From Bdellovibrionales bacterium (GTDB lineage Bacteria > Bdellovibrionota > Bdellovibrionia > Bdellovibrionales > UBA1609): a stretch of 64,000 nucleotides of DNA. Below, in pieces: positions 9,143 to 26,134 of the stretch. The position numbers were made by a program, and so were the translations under genes. The notes under the pieces are model-generated. The model did no database searches, was not told where the DNA came from, and saw only the letters and a list, made by a program, of their open reading frames with translations. Within the stretch, counting starts at the first letter, position 1. Each line of letters opens with the position of its first letter. Location: contig JAWLHR010000002.1 in NCBI GenBank assembly GCA_041690295.1, positions 187,416-251,415 of the forward strand, read 5' to 3'.

Positions 9143-12100
9143 ATGAAGACAAATCCGGTGACCGCTTCGAACCTGCGCGTGCGCAGGAGTTTTGCCAAAA
9201 CCAAACATTTAATCGACATTCCCAACCTGATTGAGCTGCAGAAGAAGTCGTACGAGGCCTTCCTGCAGAAGGATGTCGACCCTGATCGCCGCGGTGACAC
9301 GGGACTTCAGGGCGTATTCAAGTCCGTGTTCCCCATTTCGGACTTCAATAACACCGCTAGCCTCGAATTCGTCAGCTACACATTAGAACCGGCCAAATAC
9401 GACGTGGACGAGTGCCGCCAGCGCGGTATGACCTTCGCCGCTCCGATCAAAGTGACCCTTCGCTTGATCGTTTTCGACGTCGATGAAGAAACCGAAGCGC
9501 GGAGCATTCGCGATGTGAAAGAGCAGGAAGTCTATCTCGGTGAAATTCCGCTGATGACGTCCAATGGTTCTTTCATCATCAACGGCACCGAACGCGTGGT
9601 GGTTAGCCAATTGCACCGTTCTCCGGGTGTGTTCTTTGACCACGACGGCGGCAAAAACAACGCCAGCGGAAAGCTGATCTACTCCGCCCGCGTGATTCCC
9701 TATCGTGGATCATGGCTGGACTTTGAATTTGACCAAAAAGATTTGATTTATGTCCGCATCGACCGTCGCCGTAAATTCCCGGTGACGATTCTTCTTAAAG
9801 CTCTTGGTTACACCACTGAGCAGTTGCTGCAGCAATTCTATCACCTCGATGTGGTACGCCTCAAAAAAGACGGCAAGGTCACCCGCTCGATCGATATCGA
9901 GCGCATGGCCGGTCAGCGCGCGCTCTCCGATATCGTGGATCCCAAAACCGGCGAAGCCATCGTTAAGGCTGGCCGCCGGATCACTCGCGCCGCTGTGAAA
10001 CGGGTGAAACAGCTGAACTTGACTGAAATTGAAATCAACCCGTCGGACTTGGAAGGCAAAGTGATCGCCAAGCCCGTGATCGATGAGACCACGGGTGAAA
10101 TTATCGCCGACGTGAACTCGGAAGTGACTCCGAGCGTGCTCGATAAGGCCCGTCAGGCGGGAATCACCGAATTGTCGGTGATCTTCTTCGACGGTCTGGC
10201 CGTTGGACCTTATCTCCGTAACACTCTGTTGATCGATAAAGTCTCAACCAAAGAAGAAGCGTTGATTGAAATTTACAAACGTCTTCGTCCGGGTGAGCCG
10301 CCGACCATCGAGGCGGCCACGGGATTCTTCCATCGCCTCTTCTTTGATCCTGAAACCTACGACTTATCGGAAGTGGGTCGGTTGAAGATCAATCATCGCT
10401 TCAACATCCCCTTCGAAGAAACACCGGTTGAACACCGCACTTTGACTGAGCGAGACATTCTCTCGGTGGTCAAAACCCTGATCGACCTTAAGAACGGCCA
10501 AGGTCAGATCGATGACATCGACCACCTTGGTAACCGCCGCGTCCGTTCCGTGGGTGAGTTGCTCGAAAATCAATACCGCATCGGTTTGGTGCGGATGGAG
10601 CGCGCGATCCGCGAGCGAATGAGCTTGCAGGACGTGGAAACAATGATGCCGCATGATTTGGTTAACGCCAAACCGGTGAACGCCGTGGTGAAGGAGTTCT
10701 TCGGCTCCTCCCAGCTGTCACAGTTCATGGATCAGACCAATCCGCTGTCCGAGATCACTCACAAGCGTCGCTTGAGCGCGCTCGGCCCCGGTGGTTTGAC
10801 TCGCGATCGTGCCGGTTTCGAAGTGCGTGACGTGCACCCGACCCACTACGGCCGGATCTGTCCGATTGAAACTCCGGAAGGACCGAACATCGGCTTGATT
10901 GCGTCGCTAGCGACTTTCGCCCGCATTAACCAGTACGGTTTTATCGAAACGCCGTATCGTAAGGTTGAGGGCGGACAGGTTAAAGACGATATCCTCTACC
11001 TCTCGGCTTTGGAGGAAAGCGGTCACTACATCGCCCAGGCCGGTAAGGACGTTGAAGGCAATAAGCTCGTCCAAGACAATATGACCTCACGGTTCAACGG
11101 CGAGTACGAGATCATTGAAAAGGACAAAGTTTCTTTGATGGACGTTTCGCCCTCCCAGTTGGTGTCCATCGCCGCGAGCCTCATTCCGTTCCTCGAGCAC
11201 GACGACGCGAACCGCGCGTTGATGGGCTCGAACATGCAACGTCAGGCCGTGCCGCTGTTGAAATCGCGCGCGCCGTTGATTGGAACCGGCGTTGAACGCT
11301 TGGTGGCCCGTGACTCGGGAACCTCGGTGGTTTGTCAGAACGACGGCGTGGTCGAGGAAGTGGACGCTTCCCGTATCGTGGTTCGCCGTTTCGCCAAAGG
11401 CGGTGAACTGGGCGCCAACGTCGACATTTACAATTTGATTAAATACCAGCGCACGAACCAGAATACCTGCTTCAACCAGAAACCGATCGTGAATGTCGGT
11501 GACCGGGTGAAGAAGGGTGATGTGATCGCCGACGGTCCCTCGACGGAACTTGGGGAATTGGCTCTCGGCCAGAACATCCTGGTCGCGTTCACCCCGTGGA
11601 TGGGCTACAACTTCGAGGACTCGATCCTCATTTCCGAACGCCTGATCCGCGAGGACGTCTACACGTCGGTGCACATCGAAGAGTTCGAATGTGTGGCGCG
11701 TGACACGAAACTTGGAAAAGAAGAGATCACCCGCGATATCGCCAATGTCGGTGAGGAAGCCCTTAAGGATCTCGACAACTCCGGTATCATCCGCATCGGC
11801 GCGGAAGTGAAGCCCGGCGATATTCTCGTCGGTAAAGTGACTCCGAAAGGTGAAACCCAGCTTTCGCCTGAAGAAAAACTTCTCCGCGCGATTTTCGGTG
11901 AGAAAGCCGGCGATGTTCGCGACACTTCGTTGCGGGTTCCGTCGGGTGTCTATGGAACGGTGATCGACGCTCAAGTTTACTCGCGTGAAAGCTCCGATCG
12001 CGATGAGCGTCTGCAATCGATCATCGAGGCCAAGCGCAAAAAGCTCGAGAAGGACTTCGCGGTTGAGCAGAACGTCATTAAGAACAACGCTCTCGATAAA

Positions 12101-13315
12101 CTTAAAGAAATGTTGGTCGGTAAAACCACCACCGGAGTGCTCTTGAGCGAGGACGGATCGGAGAAGCTTCTCTCCAAAGGTCAAACCATCAAAGGTGAAG
12201 ACCTTGAAACGATCCCGTTCGAACTTTTGAGTTACGTGCCTCTGGATTCGGAACTCGAATTCCAAGTGCAACGTGTGGTTGACGGCGCCCGCAATCAGCT
12301 CGACGCCGTGAAGATGGTTTTCAATGAAAAAATCGAACGCCTGACCAAAGGTGATGAACTGCCCCCGGGTGTGATCAAGATGGTGAAGGTTTACATCGCC
12401 ATCAAGCGCAAGCTTCAGGTGGGTGACAAGTTCGCCGGCCGTCACGGGAACAAAGGTGTGATCTCGAAGGTGCTCCCGATCGAAGACATGCCGTACCTCG
12501 CCGACGGAACTCCGGTGGACATGGTGTTGAATCCGCTGGGCGTGCCTTCTCGTATGAACATCGGACAGATTCTCGAGGTTCACTTGGGATGGGCCGCGCA
12601 CGGTCTCGGCAAACAACTGGAAAAACACATTGAGAATTTCAAAGCGGAAGAAGCGCGCAAGGAGCTCAAGGAAATCTTCAGTGAAGATGAAGACATCCAG
12701 AAGCATTTCGACGGCGCCGATGACGAATCATTGAAGAAGATGATTCGCCGGATGAAAGACGGAATTCACCTGGCGACGCCGGTTTTCGACGGTGCCAAGG
12801 AAAGAGACGTCAAAGATCTTCTCCGTCGCGCGAAGCTCCCGCTCTCCGGTCAAACCGTGCTCTTCGACGGACGAACGGGTGAACCCTTCCAGACGCCGGT
12901 GACAGTCGGCATTATGTACATGCTGAAACTGCATCACCTGGTCGAGGAGAAGATTCACGCCCGTTCGATCGGTCCTTACTCCCTCGTTTCGCAACAGCCT
13001 CTGGGTGGTAAAGCTCAGTTCGGTGGTCAGCGTCTGGGAGAGATGGAGGTTTGGGCGATCGAGGCCTACGGTGCGGCGTACTCTCTGCAGGAATTCCTCA
13101 CGGTCAAGTCGGATGACGTGGCCGGAAGGACCCGCATGTACGAAAGCATCGTGAAAGGCGAGAACGTTCTCGAACCGGGACTTCCTGAATCCTTCAACGT
13201 GTTGGTGAAAGAGCTGCAAAGCTTGGCACTGAACGTGGAGCTGATGGAGTCGGATATTTTAACTGAACCCGCAAACCTGCCTGCTGAAGAACAACAGGCC
13301 GGAACGACGATTTAA
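9143..13315 (+). CDS. rpoB: DNA-directed RNA polymerase subunit beta
   Basis: [50 protein letters not shown]. Confidence 0.99.
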   Translation: MKTNPVTASNLRVRRSFAKTKHLIDIPNLIELQKKSYEAFLQKDVDPDRRGDTGLQGVFKSVFPISDFNNTASLEFVSYTLEPAKYDVDECRQRGMTFAAPIKVTLRLIVFDVDEETEARSIRDVKEQEVYLGEIPLMTSNGSFIINGTERVVVSQLHRSPGVFFDHDGGKNNASGKLIYSARVIPYRGSWLDFEFDQKDLIYVRIDRRRKFPVTILLKALGYTTEQLLQQFYHLDVVRLKKDGKVTRSIDIERMAGQRALSDIVDPKTGEAIVKAGRRITRAAVKRVKQLNLTEIEINPSDLEGKVIAKPVIDETTGEIIADVNSEVTPSVLDKARQAGITELSVIFFDGLAVGPYLRNTLLIDKVSTKEEALIEIYKRLRPGEPPTIEAATGFFHRLFFDPETYDLSEVGRLKINHRFNIPFEETPVEHRTLTERDILSVVKTLIDLKNGQGQIDDIDHLGNRRVRSVGELLENQYRIGLVRMERAIRERMSLQDVETMMPHDLVNAKPVNAVVKEFFGSSQLSQFMDQTNPLSEITHKRRLSALGPGGLTRDRAGFEVRDVHPTHYGRICPIETPEGPNIGLIASLATFARINQYGFIETPYRKVEGGQVKDDILYLSALEESGHYIAQAGKDVEGNKLVQDNMTSRFNGEYEIIEKDKVSLMDVSPSQLVSIAASLIPFLEHDDANRALMGSNMQRQAVPLLKSRAPLIGTGVERLVARDSGTSVVCQNDGVVEEVDASRIVVRRFAKGGELGANVDIYNLIKYQRTNQNTCFNQKPIVNVGDRVKKGDVIADGPSTELGELALGQNILVAFTPWMGYNFEDSILISERLIREDVYTSVHIEEFECVARDTKLGKEEITRDIANVGEEALKDLDNSGIIRIGAEVKPGDILVGKVTPKGETQLSPEEKLLRAIFGEKAGDVRDTSLRVPSGVYGTVIDAQVYSRESSDRDERLQSIIEAKRKKLEKDFAVEQNVIKNNALDKLKEMLVGKTTTGVLLSEDGSEKLLSKGQTIKGEDLETIPFELLSYVPLDSELEFQVQRVVDGARNQLDAVKMVFNEKIERLTKGDELPPGVIKMVKVYIAIKRKLQVGDKFAGRHGNKGVISKVLPIEDMPYLADGTPVDMVLNPLGVPSRMNIGQILEVHLGWAAHGLGKQLEKHIENFKAEEARKELKEIFSEDEDIQKHFDGADDESLKKMIRRMKDGIHLATPVFDGAKERDVKDLLRRAKLPLSGQTVLFDGRTGEPFQTPVTVGIMYMLKLHHLVEEKIHARSIGPYSLVSQQPLGGKAQFGGQRLGEMEVWAIEAYGAAYSLQEFLTVKSDDVAGRTRMYESIVKGENVLEPGLPESFNVLVKELQSLALNVELMESDILTEPANLPAEEQQAGTTI

Positions 13316-13327
13316 GCGAGGTGCAAT

Positions 13328-17455
<4,128 letters not shown>

Positions 17456-17456
17456 G

Positions 17457-17498
17457 TTGACGAAAGCACAAGGCTGCCGATAATTTGGCGGCCTTGTG
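17457..17498 (+). promoter_or_regulatory. Putative rpsL promoter overlapped by an inverted repeat
   Basis: TTGACG-16 nt-GATAAT; CACAAGGC...GCCTTGTG hairpin (17467-17498). Confidence 0.4.
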
Positions 17499-17512
17499 AT
17501 TGGAAAGGAACT

Positions 17513-17887
17513 ATGCCGACTATTAATCAATTGATTCGTCGTTCGCGACGTGCATCGAAGGACAAGACTAAATCACCGGCTTTGACCGCTTGCCCTCAAC
17601 GCCGCGGCGTCTGTACTCGCGTTTACACCACCACGCCTAAAAAGCCGAATTCGGCTCTTCGGAAGGTGGCCAAGGTCCGTTTGAGCAATGGATTTGAAGT
17701 GATTTCGTATATTCCCGGAATCGGCCATAACTTGCAGGAGCACAGTGTGGTGTTGATTCGCGGTGGTCGGGTGAAGGATCTTCCTGGTGTTCGTTACCAC
17801 ATCGTTCGTGGCGTTTTGGATACCCAAGGCGTGGCCAATCGTTTTAGCTCGCGCTCGAAATATGGCGCTAAGAAGCCGAAAAAGTAA
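17513..17887 (+). CDS. rpsL: 30S ribosomal protein S12
   Basis: [28 protein letters not shown]. Confidence 0.99.
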   Translation: MPTINQLIRRSRRASKDKTKSPALTACPQRRGVCTRVYTTTPKKPNSALRKVAKVRLSNGFEVISYIPGIGHNLQEHSVVLIRGGRVKDLPGVRYHIVRGVLDTQGVANRFSSRSKYGAKKPKK

Positions 17888-17903
17888 GAGGAATTAAAGG
17901 TTT

Positions 17904-18377
17904 ATGTCTCGTCGTAAAGCCGCAGAAAAAAGAGAAATTCTTCCCGATCCCGTTTACAACGACGTGATCGTGGCCAAGTTCGTTAACAAGATGATGTGGA
18001 AGGGTAAAAAATCTTTATCGCAAAAGATGCTTTACTCGGCCCTTGATGAGCTGCGGACCAAAGTTTCCGGTGAAGAGCCTCTGACCGTTTTCAAAAAAGC
18101 CATCGAAAACTGCAAGCCCAGCTTGGAAGTGCGGTCCCGCCGGGTTGGCGGTGCCACTTACCAGGTGCCGGTGGATGTTCGCCCCTCGCGCCGATTGGCC
18201 TTGGCCATGGTTTGGTTGATCACCTATGCCCGTGAGCGCGGTGAAAAGACCATGGCGTCCCGTCTGGCCGGTGAATTGGCCGATGCGTACGCCAACCGCG
18301 GGAATGCGATTAAGAAAAAAGAAGACGTTCATCGCATGGCGGAAGCCAATAAGGCCTTCTCCCACTACAACTGGTAA
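17904..18377 (+). CDS. rpsG: 30S ribosomal protein S7
   Basis: [25 protein letters not shown]. Confidence 0.99.
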   Translation: MSRRKAAEKREILPDPVYNDVIVAKFVNKMMWKGKKSLSQKMLYSALDELRTKVSGEEPLTVFKKAIENCKPSLEVRSRRVGGATYQVPVDVRPSRRLALAMVWLITYARERGEKTMASRLAGELADAYANRGNAIKKKEDVHRMAEANKAFSHYNW

Positions 18378-18455
18378 GCCTCGGCCGTCGAGCACGGCCC
18401 CATTGGCGGATTCAGTTATGGCGCCAGCGGTAACAATTGGCTACAGTTGCATCCA

Positions 18456-20540
18456 ATGAGTATAGAAGACCCACAAAAACTGGAAGAACTTCGTTTCACC
18501 CGCAACATCGGCATCATGGCCCACATCGATGCCGGTAAGACCACGACCACGGAACGCATCCTTTACTACACCGGAAAGTCCCACCGCATGGGCGAAGTCC
18601 ATGAGGGAAATACCGCAATGGACTGGATGGAGCAGGAGCAGGAGCGGGGAATCACCATCACGGCCGCGGCCACCACCACCTTCTGGCGCGATCATCGCAT
18701 CAACATCATCGATACTCCGGGACATGTGGATTTCACCATCGAGGTGGAACGCTCGCTGCGAGTCCTCGACGGCGCCATCGCGGTCTTTGACGGTGTCAAC
18801 GGCGTTGAACCGCAATCTGAAACCGTTTGGCGTCAGGCCAATAAATATAAGGTTCCACGAATCTGCTTTATCAACAAAATGGATAGGGTGGGCGCGGATT
18901 TCGACATGAGTGTGGACAGCATCCGCGAGAAGCTCGGAGCCCGGCCCATTCCCGTGCAAATTCCCATCGGCGCCGAAGATAACTTCAAAGGTGTTGTGGA
19001 TTTGATCGAGAACACGGTTCTCACCTGGACGGATGAGATGGGCGAGAAAATCGATCGGTTGCCGATCCCAGAGGATTTGGCGGAGCGCGCGGCCCAACTC
19101 AGGGAGCAAATGATTGAGGCGGCCTGTGAGCAAGACGACGCCTTAATGGAAAAATACCTGGGCGGCGAAGAATTGACCGTCGATGAAATCCGCATGGGTT
19201 TGCGTAAAGGTACGCTGAGCCTCGCTATCACCCCTGTTTACTGTGGAAGCGCGTTCAAAAAGAAAGGCGTGCAGCCGCTCTTGGACGGAGTGGTTCACTT
19301 CTTGCCCAGCCCGCTCGATATTCCTCCGGTTGTGGGGAAAGATCCCAAGAACGAAGAGCGCACGATTGAAGTCCCCACGGACTTCAACGAGCCCACCGCG
19401 GCTTTAGCTTTTAAGATCGCGTCCGACGCCTTCGCCGGTACGCTCACATTCATTCGTGTTTACTCCGGCCAGGTGAAGGCGGGAGAAACTTTGTTGAACC
19501 CGCGCACGAACAAGCGTGAACGCATTCAGCGACTCGTCCGGATGCACGCTAATTCCCGTCAGGAGTTGAGTGTTCTGAAAGCCGGCGATATCGGAGCGGC
19601 GATAGGTCTCAAATTCACGGGCACCGGCGATACCCTTTGTGATGCCAAACGGCCGGTGGTTTTAGAATCCATCACTTTCCCTGAACCGGTGATTTCGGTG
19701 GCCATTGAGGCCAAGTCCTCAGCGGATCAGGACAAAATGATCGCCGGGCTTGAGCGTCTTCAACACGAGGATCCTTCGTGCCGAGTCCGCATTGATCAGG
19801 AAACCGGCCAGATGCTTCTTTCCGGCATGGGTGAACTCCATGTGGAAATTTTAGTGGATCGCTTACTTCGCGAGTACAAGGCCAAGGCCAATGTGGGTAA
19901 ACCTCAGGTCTCCTACCGCGAGGCGATCACCGGCACGGCCACAGGCCATGGCCATTTCGAGCGCGAAGTGGCCGGCGAAAAGCAGTATGCCGAGGTGACC
20001 GTACAAATCGAGCCGCGGCAACAGACCGGGCTCACCTTTGAAAACAAAGCCGGCCAATTGGATCCGGATTTTCTCTCAGCCATTCGGAGCGGCGTGTTGG
20101 AAGCTGGCGACGTGGGTGTTTTGGCTGGTTACCCCTTAATGGGCGTGCACATCACTCTCACCGATTTTAAGACTCGGGACAAAGAAAGTTCCGAGATGGC
20201 CTTTAAAGTGGCGGCCGCGCAGGCCTTCCGTGAGGCGCTGAAAGCCGTGAAATCTCAGCTCCTTGAGCCGATTTTCCGGGTTGAAATTTTCACCCCGGAT
20301 GACTTTATGGGGGCGGTGATCGGCGATTTGAACGCCCGCCGTGGCAAAGTGCACTCAATGGATCCGAAACCCGGTGGTCAAGTCATACATGCCGAGGCCC
20401 CTTTGGCGACGCTTTTCGGTTACGCCACCGATCTCCGCTCCTTGAGCCAGGGGCGCGCCACCTTCAGCATGGAGTTTCAGGAATACGCTCCCGTGCCCCC
20501 CAAGGTGGAGGCCGAAATCCTTAACCGGCTCGGCCGGTAA
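18456..20540 (+). CDS. fusA: Elongation factor G paralogue with divergent domain IV (likely EF-G2/recycling type)
   Basis: [32 protein letters not shown]; domain IV loops read [10 protein letters not shown] and TRDKESS. Confidence 0.93.
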   Translation: MSIEDPQKLEELRFTRNIGIMAHIDAGKTTTTERILYYTGKSHRMGEVHEGNTAMDWMEQEQERGITITAAATTTFWRDHRINIIDTPGHVDFTIEVERSLRVLDGAIAVFDGVNGVEPQSETVWRQANKYKVPRICFINKMDRVGADFDMSVDSIREKLGARPIPVQIPIGAEDNFKGVVDLIENTVLTWTDEMGEKIDRLPIPEDLAERAAQLREQMIEAACEQDDALMEKYLGGEELTVDEIRMGLRKGTLSLAITPVYCGSAFKKKGVQPLLDGVVHFLPSPLDIPPVVGKDPKNEERTIEVPTDFNEPTAALAFKIASDAFAGTLTFIRVYSGQVKAGETLLNPRTNKRERIQRLVRMHANSRQELSVLKAGDIGAAIGLKFTGTGDTLCDAKRPVVLESITFPEPVISVAIEAKSSADQDKMIAGLERLQHEDPSCRVRIDQETGQMLLSGMGELHVEILVDRLLREYKAKANVGKPQVSYREAITGTATGHGHFEREVAGEKQYAEVTVQIEPRQQTGLTFENKAGQLDPDFLSAIRSGVLEAGDVGVLAGYPLMGVHITLTDFKTRDKESSEMAFKVAAAQAFREALKAVKSQLLEPIFRVEIFTPDDFMGAVIGDLNARRGKVHSMDPKPGGQVIHAEAPLATLFGYATDLRSLSQGRATFSMEFQEYAPVPPKVEAEILNRLGR

Positions 20541-20577
20541 GGCGCGGAAACCAGCTAAAATTTCAGCCATTTTCCTT

Positions 20578-20607
20578 TTGACAAGTCCAACGGGGGTCTA
20601 GCATACT
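20578..20607 (+). promoter_or_regulatory. Putative sigma70 promoter of the S10 operon
   Basis: TTGACA-18 nt-CATACT, about 165 nt upstream of rpsJ. Confidence 0.55.
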
Positions 20608-20773
20608 CGCCGACTTACGACTTCCGATTCTTCGGCCTACATGTTCCCAAGTTGATAAAAGGACTACGTTTTATCGAAACTGGGCGCTGATGGTCGGTTA
20701 GAAAAGGGTATCCTTTTGCTCGGACGTCGGCGGTGACAAGGAATTAGAAGAACAAAAAAGCGAGAAAGTCTGT

Positions 20774-21091
20774 ATGCAGAGCCAAAAAATTCGCATTCGA
20801 TTGCGCGCCTTCGATCATAAACTTTTAGATCAATCGACGAAAGAAATCGTCGAAACCGCACGTCGTACCGGCGCGCGCGTGGCCGGACCGATTCCACTTC
20901 CCACTCGAATCAACAGATACACGGTTTTGCGTTCGCCTCACGTTGATAAAAAATCCCGCGAGCAATTCGAAGTGCGTACACACAAGCGTCTGCTCGACAT
21001 TCTCGAGCCCACTCAGCAGACGATCGACCAATTGATGAAGCTCGATCTGTCGGCCGGTGTGGATGTCGAAATCAAGTTATCCGTGGTTTAA
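20774..21091 (+). CDS. rpsJ: 30S ribosomal protein S10
   Basis: [29 protein letters not shown]. Confidence 0.99.
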   Translation: MQSQKIRIRLRAFDHKLLDQSTKEIVETARRTGARVAGPIPLPTRINRYTVLRSPHVDKKSREQFEVRTHKRLLDILEPTQQTIDQLMKLDLSAGVDVEIKLSVV

Positions 21092-21106
21092 GAAAGCTGA
21101 GGAAAC

Positions 21107-21778
21107 ATGTCTGACACTGAAACCAAAACAGAAACTCAAGCGGCCTCCGGCGATCTGCAATTGAACGGTTTGTTCGCCTTCAAAGTGGGAATGTCGGCGG
21201 TTTACGAAGACGGTGAGCGGATTCCGGTCACCGTTTTGAAATATGAACCGATGGTCGTCAGTCAGGTGAAACAAAAAGAAAAAGACGGTTACGAAGCCGT
21301 GCAAGTGGCTTTTGTTCCGGATCGCGCTTCGCAAACCAATTCCGCCATCAAAGGCCATTTGCAGAAGGCCGGCTTTGAAAACGGCGCGAAGTTCGTTCGG
21401 GAATTCCGTATGACTCCGCCGGAAGGTGTGGCGGTTGGACAAAAAATCGCTCTGAATTCGCTTAAAAAAGGTGATGTCGTGAAAGTCACCGGACTTTCCC
21501 GCGGTCGTGGATTCCAAGGCGCTGTTCGCCGTTGGAACTTTGGCGGCGGTCCGGCTTCGCACGGTTCCGGTTTCCATCGTAAACCGGGTTCCGTCGGTAA
21601 CCGGACTTGGCCGGGTCGGGTTATGCCCGGTAAGCGCATGGCGGGTCAGTGGGGTAATGAAACCACCACGATCCGGAACATCACTGTGGTTGACGTCATT
21701 CCGGAAGAAAACGTGGTTCTGGTTAAAGGAGCCGTGCCCGGTTCCCGCAACAGTTTGGTCCGCTTAACGAAGGTTTAA
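21107..21778 (+). CDS. rplC: 50S ribosomal protein L3
   Basis: GRGFQGAVRRW, PASHGS, PGRVMPGKRMAG. Confidence 0.98.
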   Translation: MSDTETKTETQAASGDLQLNGLFAFKVGMSAVYEDGERIPVTVLKYEPMVVSQVKQKEKDGYEAVQVAFVPDRASQTNSAIKGHLQKAGFENGAKFVREFRMTPPEGVAVGQKIALNSLKKGDVVKVTGLSRGRGFQGAVRRWNFGGGPASHGSGFHRKPGSVGNRTWPGRVMPGKRMAGQWGNETTTIRNITVVDVIPEENVVLVKGAVPGSRNSLVRLTKV

Positions 21779-21781
21779 GAT

Positions 21782-22408
21782 ATGTCCAGCGTAGATGTTT
21801 TAAATTGGGATAAGAAGAAAGTGGGAAGTGTCGAGCTGGAGGATTCCGTTTTCGCCATTCCCGTTAAAGAAGAGATTCTGCAAACGGTTGTTCGTTGGCA
21901 GCTCGCGTGCCGTCGGCAGGGCACCCACAAAGCTAAAACCCGCGGTGAAGTGAGCGGTGGTGGAAAGAAACCGTTCAAACAAAAAGGCACCGGTAACGCC
22001 CGTCAGGGTTCGAGCCGTTCGCCGTTGATGCCCGGTGGTGGTATCACCTTCGGTCCTCAGCCGCGCGATTACAGCTACGTTCTTCCGAAAAAAGTGCGCC
22101 GGTTAGGTCTTCGCACGGCCTTGTCCCGCTTGAACAAAGAAGGACGTTTGTTCGTGATCGACAACATGACGTCCGAAGGAAAAACCAAAGAGCTGGCCAA
22201 GCGCTTGAAAAGCTTCGGCGTGGAAAAAGCGGTTTTGGTTGATGTTAAGCCGGACGACAAATTTTCGCGGGCTTCGCGCAATCTAAAAAGTTTCCGTTAT
22301 TACGGCGTGGAAGGCCTGAACGTCTACGATCTGATGAAATATGATTCTTTGCTTTTGACCAAGGATTCCATCGCCAAGGTCGTCGAACGTTGCGGAGAAG
22401 GGAAGTAA
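21782..22408 (+). CDS. rplD: 50S ribosomal protein L4
   Basis: RGEVSGGGKKPFKQKGTGNARQGS. Confidence 0.98.
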   Translation: MSSVDVLNWDKKKVGSVELEDSVFAIPVKEEILQTVVRWQLACRRQGTHKAKTRGEVSGGGKKPFKQKGTGNARQGSSRSPLMPGGGITFGPQPRDYSYVLPKKVRRLGLRTALSRLNKEGRLFVIDNMTSEGKTKELAKRLKSFGVEKAVLVDVKPDDKFSRASRNLKSFRYYGVEGLNVYDLMKYDSLLLTKDSIAKVVERCGEGK

Positions 22409-22411
22409 ATC

Positions 22412-22690
22412 ATGTACTACGTGATTAAACGGCCGTTGGTGACAGAGAAGAACAGCATTTTGGCGGAAAAGAACGTTTACGTTTTTGAAGTGGATCCGCG
22501 TGCGAACAAACAAGACATCAAAACCGCGGTGGAGAAATTCTTCCGAGTGAAGGTGGCCTCCGTGAATACGGCGATTTGCCGGGGACGGTCCAAGCGGACC
22601 CGCTTCGGCGTGAGCCAGCCGGCGAAGTGGAAGAAGGCGATGGTTCGCCTCCAGGCCGGTGAGAAAATCAAGCTGTTTGAGGGAGCTTAA
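22412..22690 (+). CDS. rplW: 50S ribosomal protein L23
   Basis: [28 protein letters not shown]. Confidence 0.97.
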   Translation: MYYVIKRPLVTEKNSILAEKNVYVFEVDPRANKQDIKTAVEKFFRVKVASVNTAICRGRSKRTRFGVSQPAKWKKAMVRLQAGEKIKLFEGA

Positions 22691-22692
22691 TC

Positions 22693-23529
22693 ATGGGTAT
22701 CAAGACGTTTCGTCCCCGCAGTCCTGGCCGTCGCACGATGACGGGATATGATTTCGCGGAAATCACAAAGAAAAGACCCGAGCGCAGTTTAACGGTTTGG
22801 AGTCATCGAGTCGCTGGTCGTAGCAACACCGGTATGAAGTCCATCCGCTACAAAGGCGGCGGACACAAGCGGCTCTATCGCATTATCGATTTCAAGCGGG
22901 ATAAGTTCGACGTTCCGGCCACCGTGGCGGCGATCGAGTACGATCCCAATCGCACCTGCCGGATCGCGCTCCTTCACTATAGAGACGGTGAAAAGCGTTA
23001 CATCATCGCCCCGATCGGACTGAAAGTCGGTGACACTGTGGTGTCCGGCGACGGCGCCGACATCAAGCCGGGTAACTCTCTTCCGTTGGGATTAATTCCC
23101 GCGGGTACAGTGATCCACAATATTGAAATGCGCCCGGGTAAAGGCGGACAAATCGGCCGCGGCGCCGGTGCTGAAGCCACGCTCGTTGGTAAAGTCGGTA
23201 AGTACTGTCAGGTGAAATTGCCCTCGGGCGAAGTTCGCCAGATTCTTTCTATCTGCCGGGCCACGATCGGTCAGGTGGGCAACACCGATAATGAGAACAT
23301 CAGCTTGGGTAAAGCGGGTCGGTCTCGCTGGCGTGGAATTCGCCCGCACGTTCGAGGCCAAGCCATGAACCCGATCGATCACCCTCTTGGTGGTGGTGAA
23401 GGTGTCGGTAAAGGTCATCACCCGGTGACTCCTTGGGGTCAGCCGAGCAAGGGCTTTAAGACCCGACACAACAAGCGTACGGACAAAATGATCATCAAAC
23501 GCCGGGCGAAGCGTAAACAAAGGAAATAG
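22693..23529 (+). CDS. rplB: 50S ribosomal protein L2
   Basis: [29 protein letters not shown]. Confidence 0.99.
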   Translation: MGIKTFRPRSPGRRTMTGYDFAEITKKRPERSLTVWSHRVAGRSNTGMKSIRYKGGGHKRLYRIIDFKRDKFDVPATVAAIEYDPNRTCRIALLHYRDGEKRYIIAPIGLKVGDTVVSGDGADIKPGNSLPLGLIPAGTVIHNIEMRPGKGGQIGRGAGAEATLVGKVGKYCQVKLPSGEVRQILSICRATIGQVGNTDNENISLGKAGRSRWRGIRPHVRGQAMNPIDHPLGGGEGVGKGHHPVTPWGQPSKGFKTRHNKRTDKMIIKRRAKRKQRK

Positions 23530-23538
23530 GAGCCAGTT

Positions 23539-23838
23539 GTGGGACGTTCAGTAAAAAAAGGTCCGTTTATCGACCACCACTTGTTGAAGAAAATCGAGCA
23601 CGCGAAGTCCACCGGTGACAAAAAAGTCATCAAGACTTGGTCGCGGCGCTCGACGATTTTGCCCGAAGCGGTGGGATTGACTTTCGCCGTTCACAACGGT
23701 CGCAAGTTCATCCCGGTTTACGTGACGGAAAACATGATTGGCCACAAGTTGGGTGAATTCGCACCCTCGAGAACTTTTAACGGTCACTCGGAAAAGAAAG
23801 CTCAGGCTGGGGCAGCTGCGGCGCCGGCTAAGAAGTAA
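23539..23838 (+). CDS. rpsS: 30S ribosomal protein S19
   Basis: [29 protein letters not shown] start. Confidence 0.98.
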   Translation: MGRSVKKGPFIDHHLLKKIEHAKSTGDKKVIKTWSRRSTILPEAVGLTFAVHNGRKFIPVYVTENMIGHKLGEFAPSRTFNGHSEKKAQAGAAAAPAKK

Positions 23839-23850
23839 AGGATTTAAGTC

Positions 23851-24183
23851 ATGGAAGTGAAAGCCAGTTTAAATTATGCCCGCATCGGAGCCCAGAAGGC
23901 CCGCTTAGTGGCTGATCTGATCCGCGGCAAAGACGTGAACGAGGCGATCCGTTCGTTGACCTTCATGAAAAAGAAGGGCGCAGGCCTCATCAAGAAGCTT
24001 GTCGAGTCCGCCGTGGCCAATGCGGAAAACAAAAAAACGATCGATGTCGATAACCTTTATGTGAAATCAATTTGGGTGGACATGGGGCCGAGCCTTAAGC
24101 GGTATCGCCCGCGCGCCCAGGGACGTGCTTTTATGGTTAAGAAGAAACTCAGTCACATCAACGTCGTTTTGGACGAAAGATAA
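23851..24183 (+). CDS. rplV: 50S ribosomal protein L22
   Basis: KARLVADLIRG, SAVANA, RPRAQGRA. Confidence 0.98.
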   Translation: MEVKASLNYARIGAQKARLVADLIRGKDVNEAIRSLTFMKKKGAGLIKKLVESAVANAENKKTIDVDNLYVKSIWVDMGPSLKRYRPRAQGRAFMVKKKLSHINVVLDER

Positions 24184-24195
24184 GGAAGGAATCAC

Positions 24196-24861
24196 GTGGG
24201 ACAGAAGGTTAATCCAATTGGTTTACGAGTTGGTGTGATTCGGACATGGGATTCGCGCTGGTACGCCAAAGGCAAGCAATATCAGGTGAACTTTCAAGAG
24301 GATCACCGCTTGCGCAAGTTCATCAAAGACAAGCTTAAGCATGCCGGCGTGGCCAAAATCGAAATCGAAAGAGCGGCGAACAAGGTTAAGATCATTATTT
24401 CGACCGCCCGTCCGGGCGTTGTGATCGGCAAAAAGGGCACGGGAATCGATGCTCTTAAAGCCGAGGTTCAAAAGCTCACCACCAACGAAGTTTTCGTGAA
24501 CATCCAGGAAGTTCGTAAACCCGATCTGGATGCCCAATTGGTGGCCGAAAATATCGCATTGCAATTGGAAAAACGGATTTCGTGGCGTCGCGCTTTGAAA
24601 AAGGCTTTGGCGTCGGCCGTGAAAGGCGGCGTTCGTGGAATTAAAATCCGAGTGAGCGGCCGTTTGGACGGTGCCGAGATCGCCCGTTCCGAGTGGTACA
24701 ACGAAAAGAGCATTCCGCTGCACACTCTGCGCGCGGATATCGACTACGGAACGGCCGAAGCGCAGACCACTTATGGAAAGATTGGTTTGAAAGTTTGGAT
24801 CTATCGCGGCGATGTTTATTCCGCTCGCGAGATCGAGGAGGCGGGTCGTGTTAAGTCCTAA
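24196..24861 (+). CDS. rpsC: 30S ribosomal protein S3
   Basis: [45 protein letters not shown]. Confidence 0.99.
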   Translation: MGQKVNPIGLRVGVIRTWDSRWYAKGKQYQVNFQEDHRLRKFIKDKLKHAGVAKIEIERAANKVKIIISTARPGVVIGKKGTGIDALKAEVQKLTTNEVFVNIQEVRKPDLDAQLVAENIALQLEKRISWRRALKKALASAVKGGVRGIKIRVSGRLDGAEIARSEWYNEKSIPLHTLRADIDYGTAEAQTTYGKIGLKVWIYRGDVYSAREIEEAGRVKS

Positions 24862-25255
24862 GCGAGTTAAATGGCGTCGTCAGCATCGCGGTACCTGGAA
24901 AGGTATGGCGTTTCGCGGAAGCAAACTGGCTTTCGGAGATTATGGTTTGGCGGCGATCGAATCCGGAGTTTTGACCGCTCGCCAATTGGAAGCCGGTCGT
25001 ATCGCGATCAGCCGCTCGGTGAAACGTGGCGGTAAACTTTGGTTGCGCGTTTTCCCCGATCTTCCGTTGACCCGGAAGCCGGCGGAAACTCGTATGGGAT
25101 CCGGTAAAGGAAGCCCGGAATTATGGGTGATGAAGATCCTTCCGGGCCGGATGTTGTTTGAAATGAACGGCGTCACCAAGGAACAGGCTGAGCAGGCATT
25201 CCGCCTGGCGGCTCATAAACTGCCGTTTAAAACCCGCTTTGTGGCACGGGAGTAG
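24848..25255 (+). CDS. rplP: 50S ribosomal protein L16
   Basis: (M)[30 protein letters not shown] start overlapping rpsC. Confidence 0.97.
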   Translation: MLSPKRVKWRRQHRGTWKGMAFRGSKLAFGDYGLAAIESGVLTARQLEAGRIAISRSVKRGGKLWLRVFPDLPLTRKPAETRMGSGKGSPELWVMKILPGRMLFEMNGVTKEQAEQAFRLAAHKLPFKTRFVARE

Positions 25256-25257
25256 AC

Positions 25258-25452
25258 ATGAAGTTCGAAGATGTAAAGGAATTGACCAGTACGGAATTGC
25301 GCAAGCGGATTTTGTTGCTTCGTGGGGAGCTGTTCGAGGCCCGGATGAAACACTCTATCGGGCAATTGGGTAACCCCATTGAATTGCGCGACAAGCGCCG
25401 GGATTTGGCGCGCCTCAAAACCGCGTTGCATATGAAACTGGGAACAAAATAG
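25258..25452 (+). CDS. rpmC: 50S ribosomal protein L29
   Basis: ELFEARMK...GQLGNP...RRDLARLKT; position. Confidence 0.95.
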   Translation: MKFEDVKELTSTELRKRILLLRGELFEARMKHSIGQLGNPIELRDKRRDLARLKTALHMKLGTK

Positions 25453-25466
25453 GCAGGGAATGAACA

Positions 25467-25769
25467 ATGGCTAACGAGACCAAAAATCCGACTCCCCGAA
25501 AACGTCGCCTTGAAGTGGTCGGTGAAGTGATCAGTGACAAAATGAACAAAACGATTTCAGTTTTGTATTACCGTCGTGTCCGTCATCCGAAGTACGGAAA
25601 GTACGTGAAGAAAACTTCCGTGTTCAAGGCCCACGACGAAAAGAATGAGGCCAAAAAGGGCGATATCGTGCGGATTCAGATGACTCGTCCGTTGAGCGCG
25701 ACCAAGCGTTGGCGCCTGATGGAAGTCATCGAGCGGGCCGAAAAAGAGCTCGAAGGAGTGCAGATATGA
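25467..25769 (+). CDS. rpsQ: 30S ribosomal protein S17
   Basis: [28 protein letters not shown]. Confidence 0.98.
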   Translation: MANETKNPTPRKRRLEVVGEVISDKMNKTISVLYYRRVRHPKYGKYVKKTSVFKAHDEKNEAKKGDIVRIQMTRPLSATKRWRLMEVIERAEKELEGVQI

Positions 25770-26134
25770 TTCAGATGCAGTCCCGCTTGCGGGTGGCGGA
25801 TAACTCCGGCGCGCGCGAAGTTCAGTGCTTGAAAGTGCTTGGCGGATCCAAGCGGCGTTATGCCGGGATCGGCGACATCGTTGTCGTTTCGATCAAGGAC
25901 GCCATGCCCAACTCCAAAGTTAAAAAAGGTGATGTGGCGAAAGCTGTGATCGTTCGGACCACGCATAAACTGCGCCGGCCGGACGGAAGCTATATCCGTT
26001 TTGATGATAATTCCGCGGTGCTGATCAATGCGGCTAAAGAACCGATCGGCACTCGTATTTTCGGACCGGTCGCACGGGAATTGCGGGCCAAGCAATTCGT
26101 GAAGATCGTGTCGCTGGCTCCTGAGGTGATTTAA
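25766..26134 (+). CDS. rplN: 50S ribosomal protein L14
   Basis: [35 protein letters not shown]. Confidence 0.99.
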   Translation: MIQMQSRLRVADNSGAREVQCLKVLGGSKRRYAGIGDIVVVSIKDAMPNSKVKKGDVAKAVIVRTTHKLRRPDGSYIRFDDNSAVLINAAKEPIGTRIFGPVARELRAKQFVKIVSLAPEVI

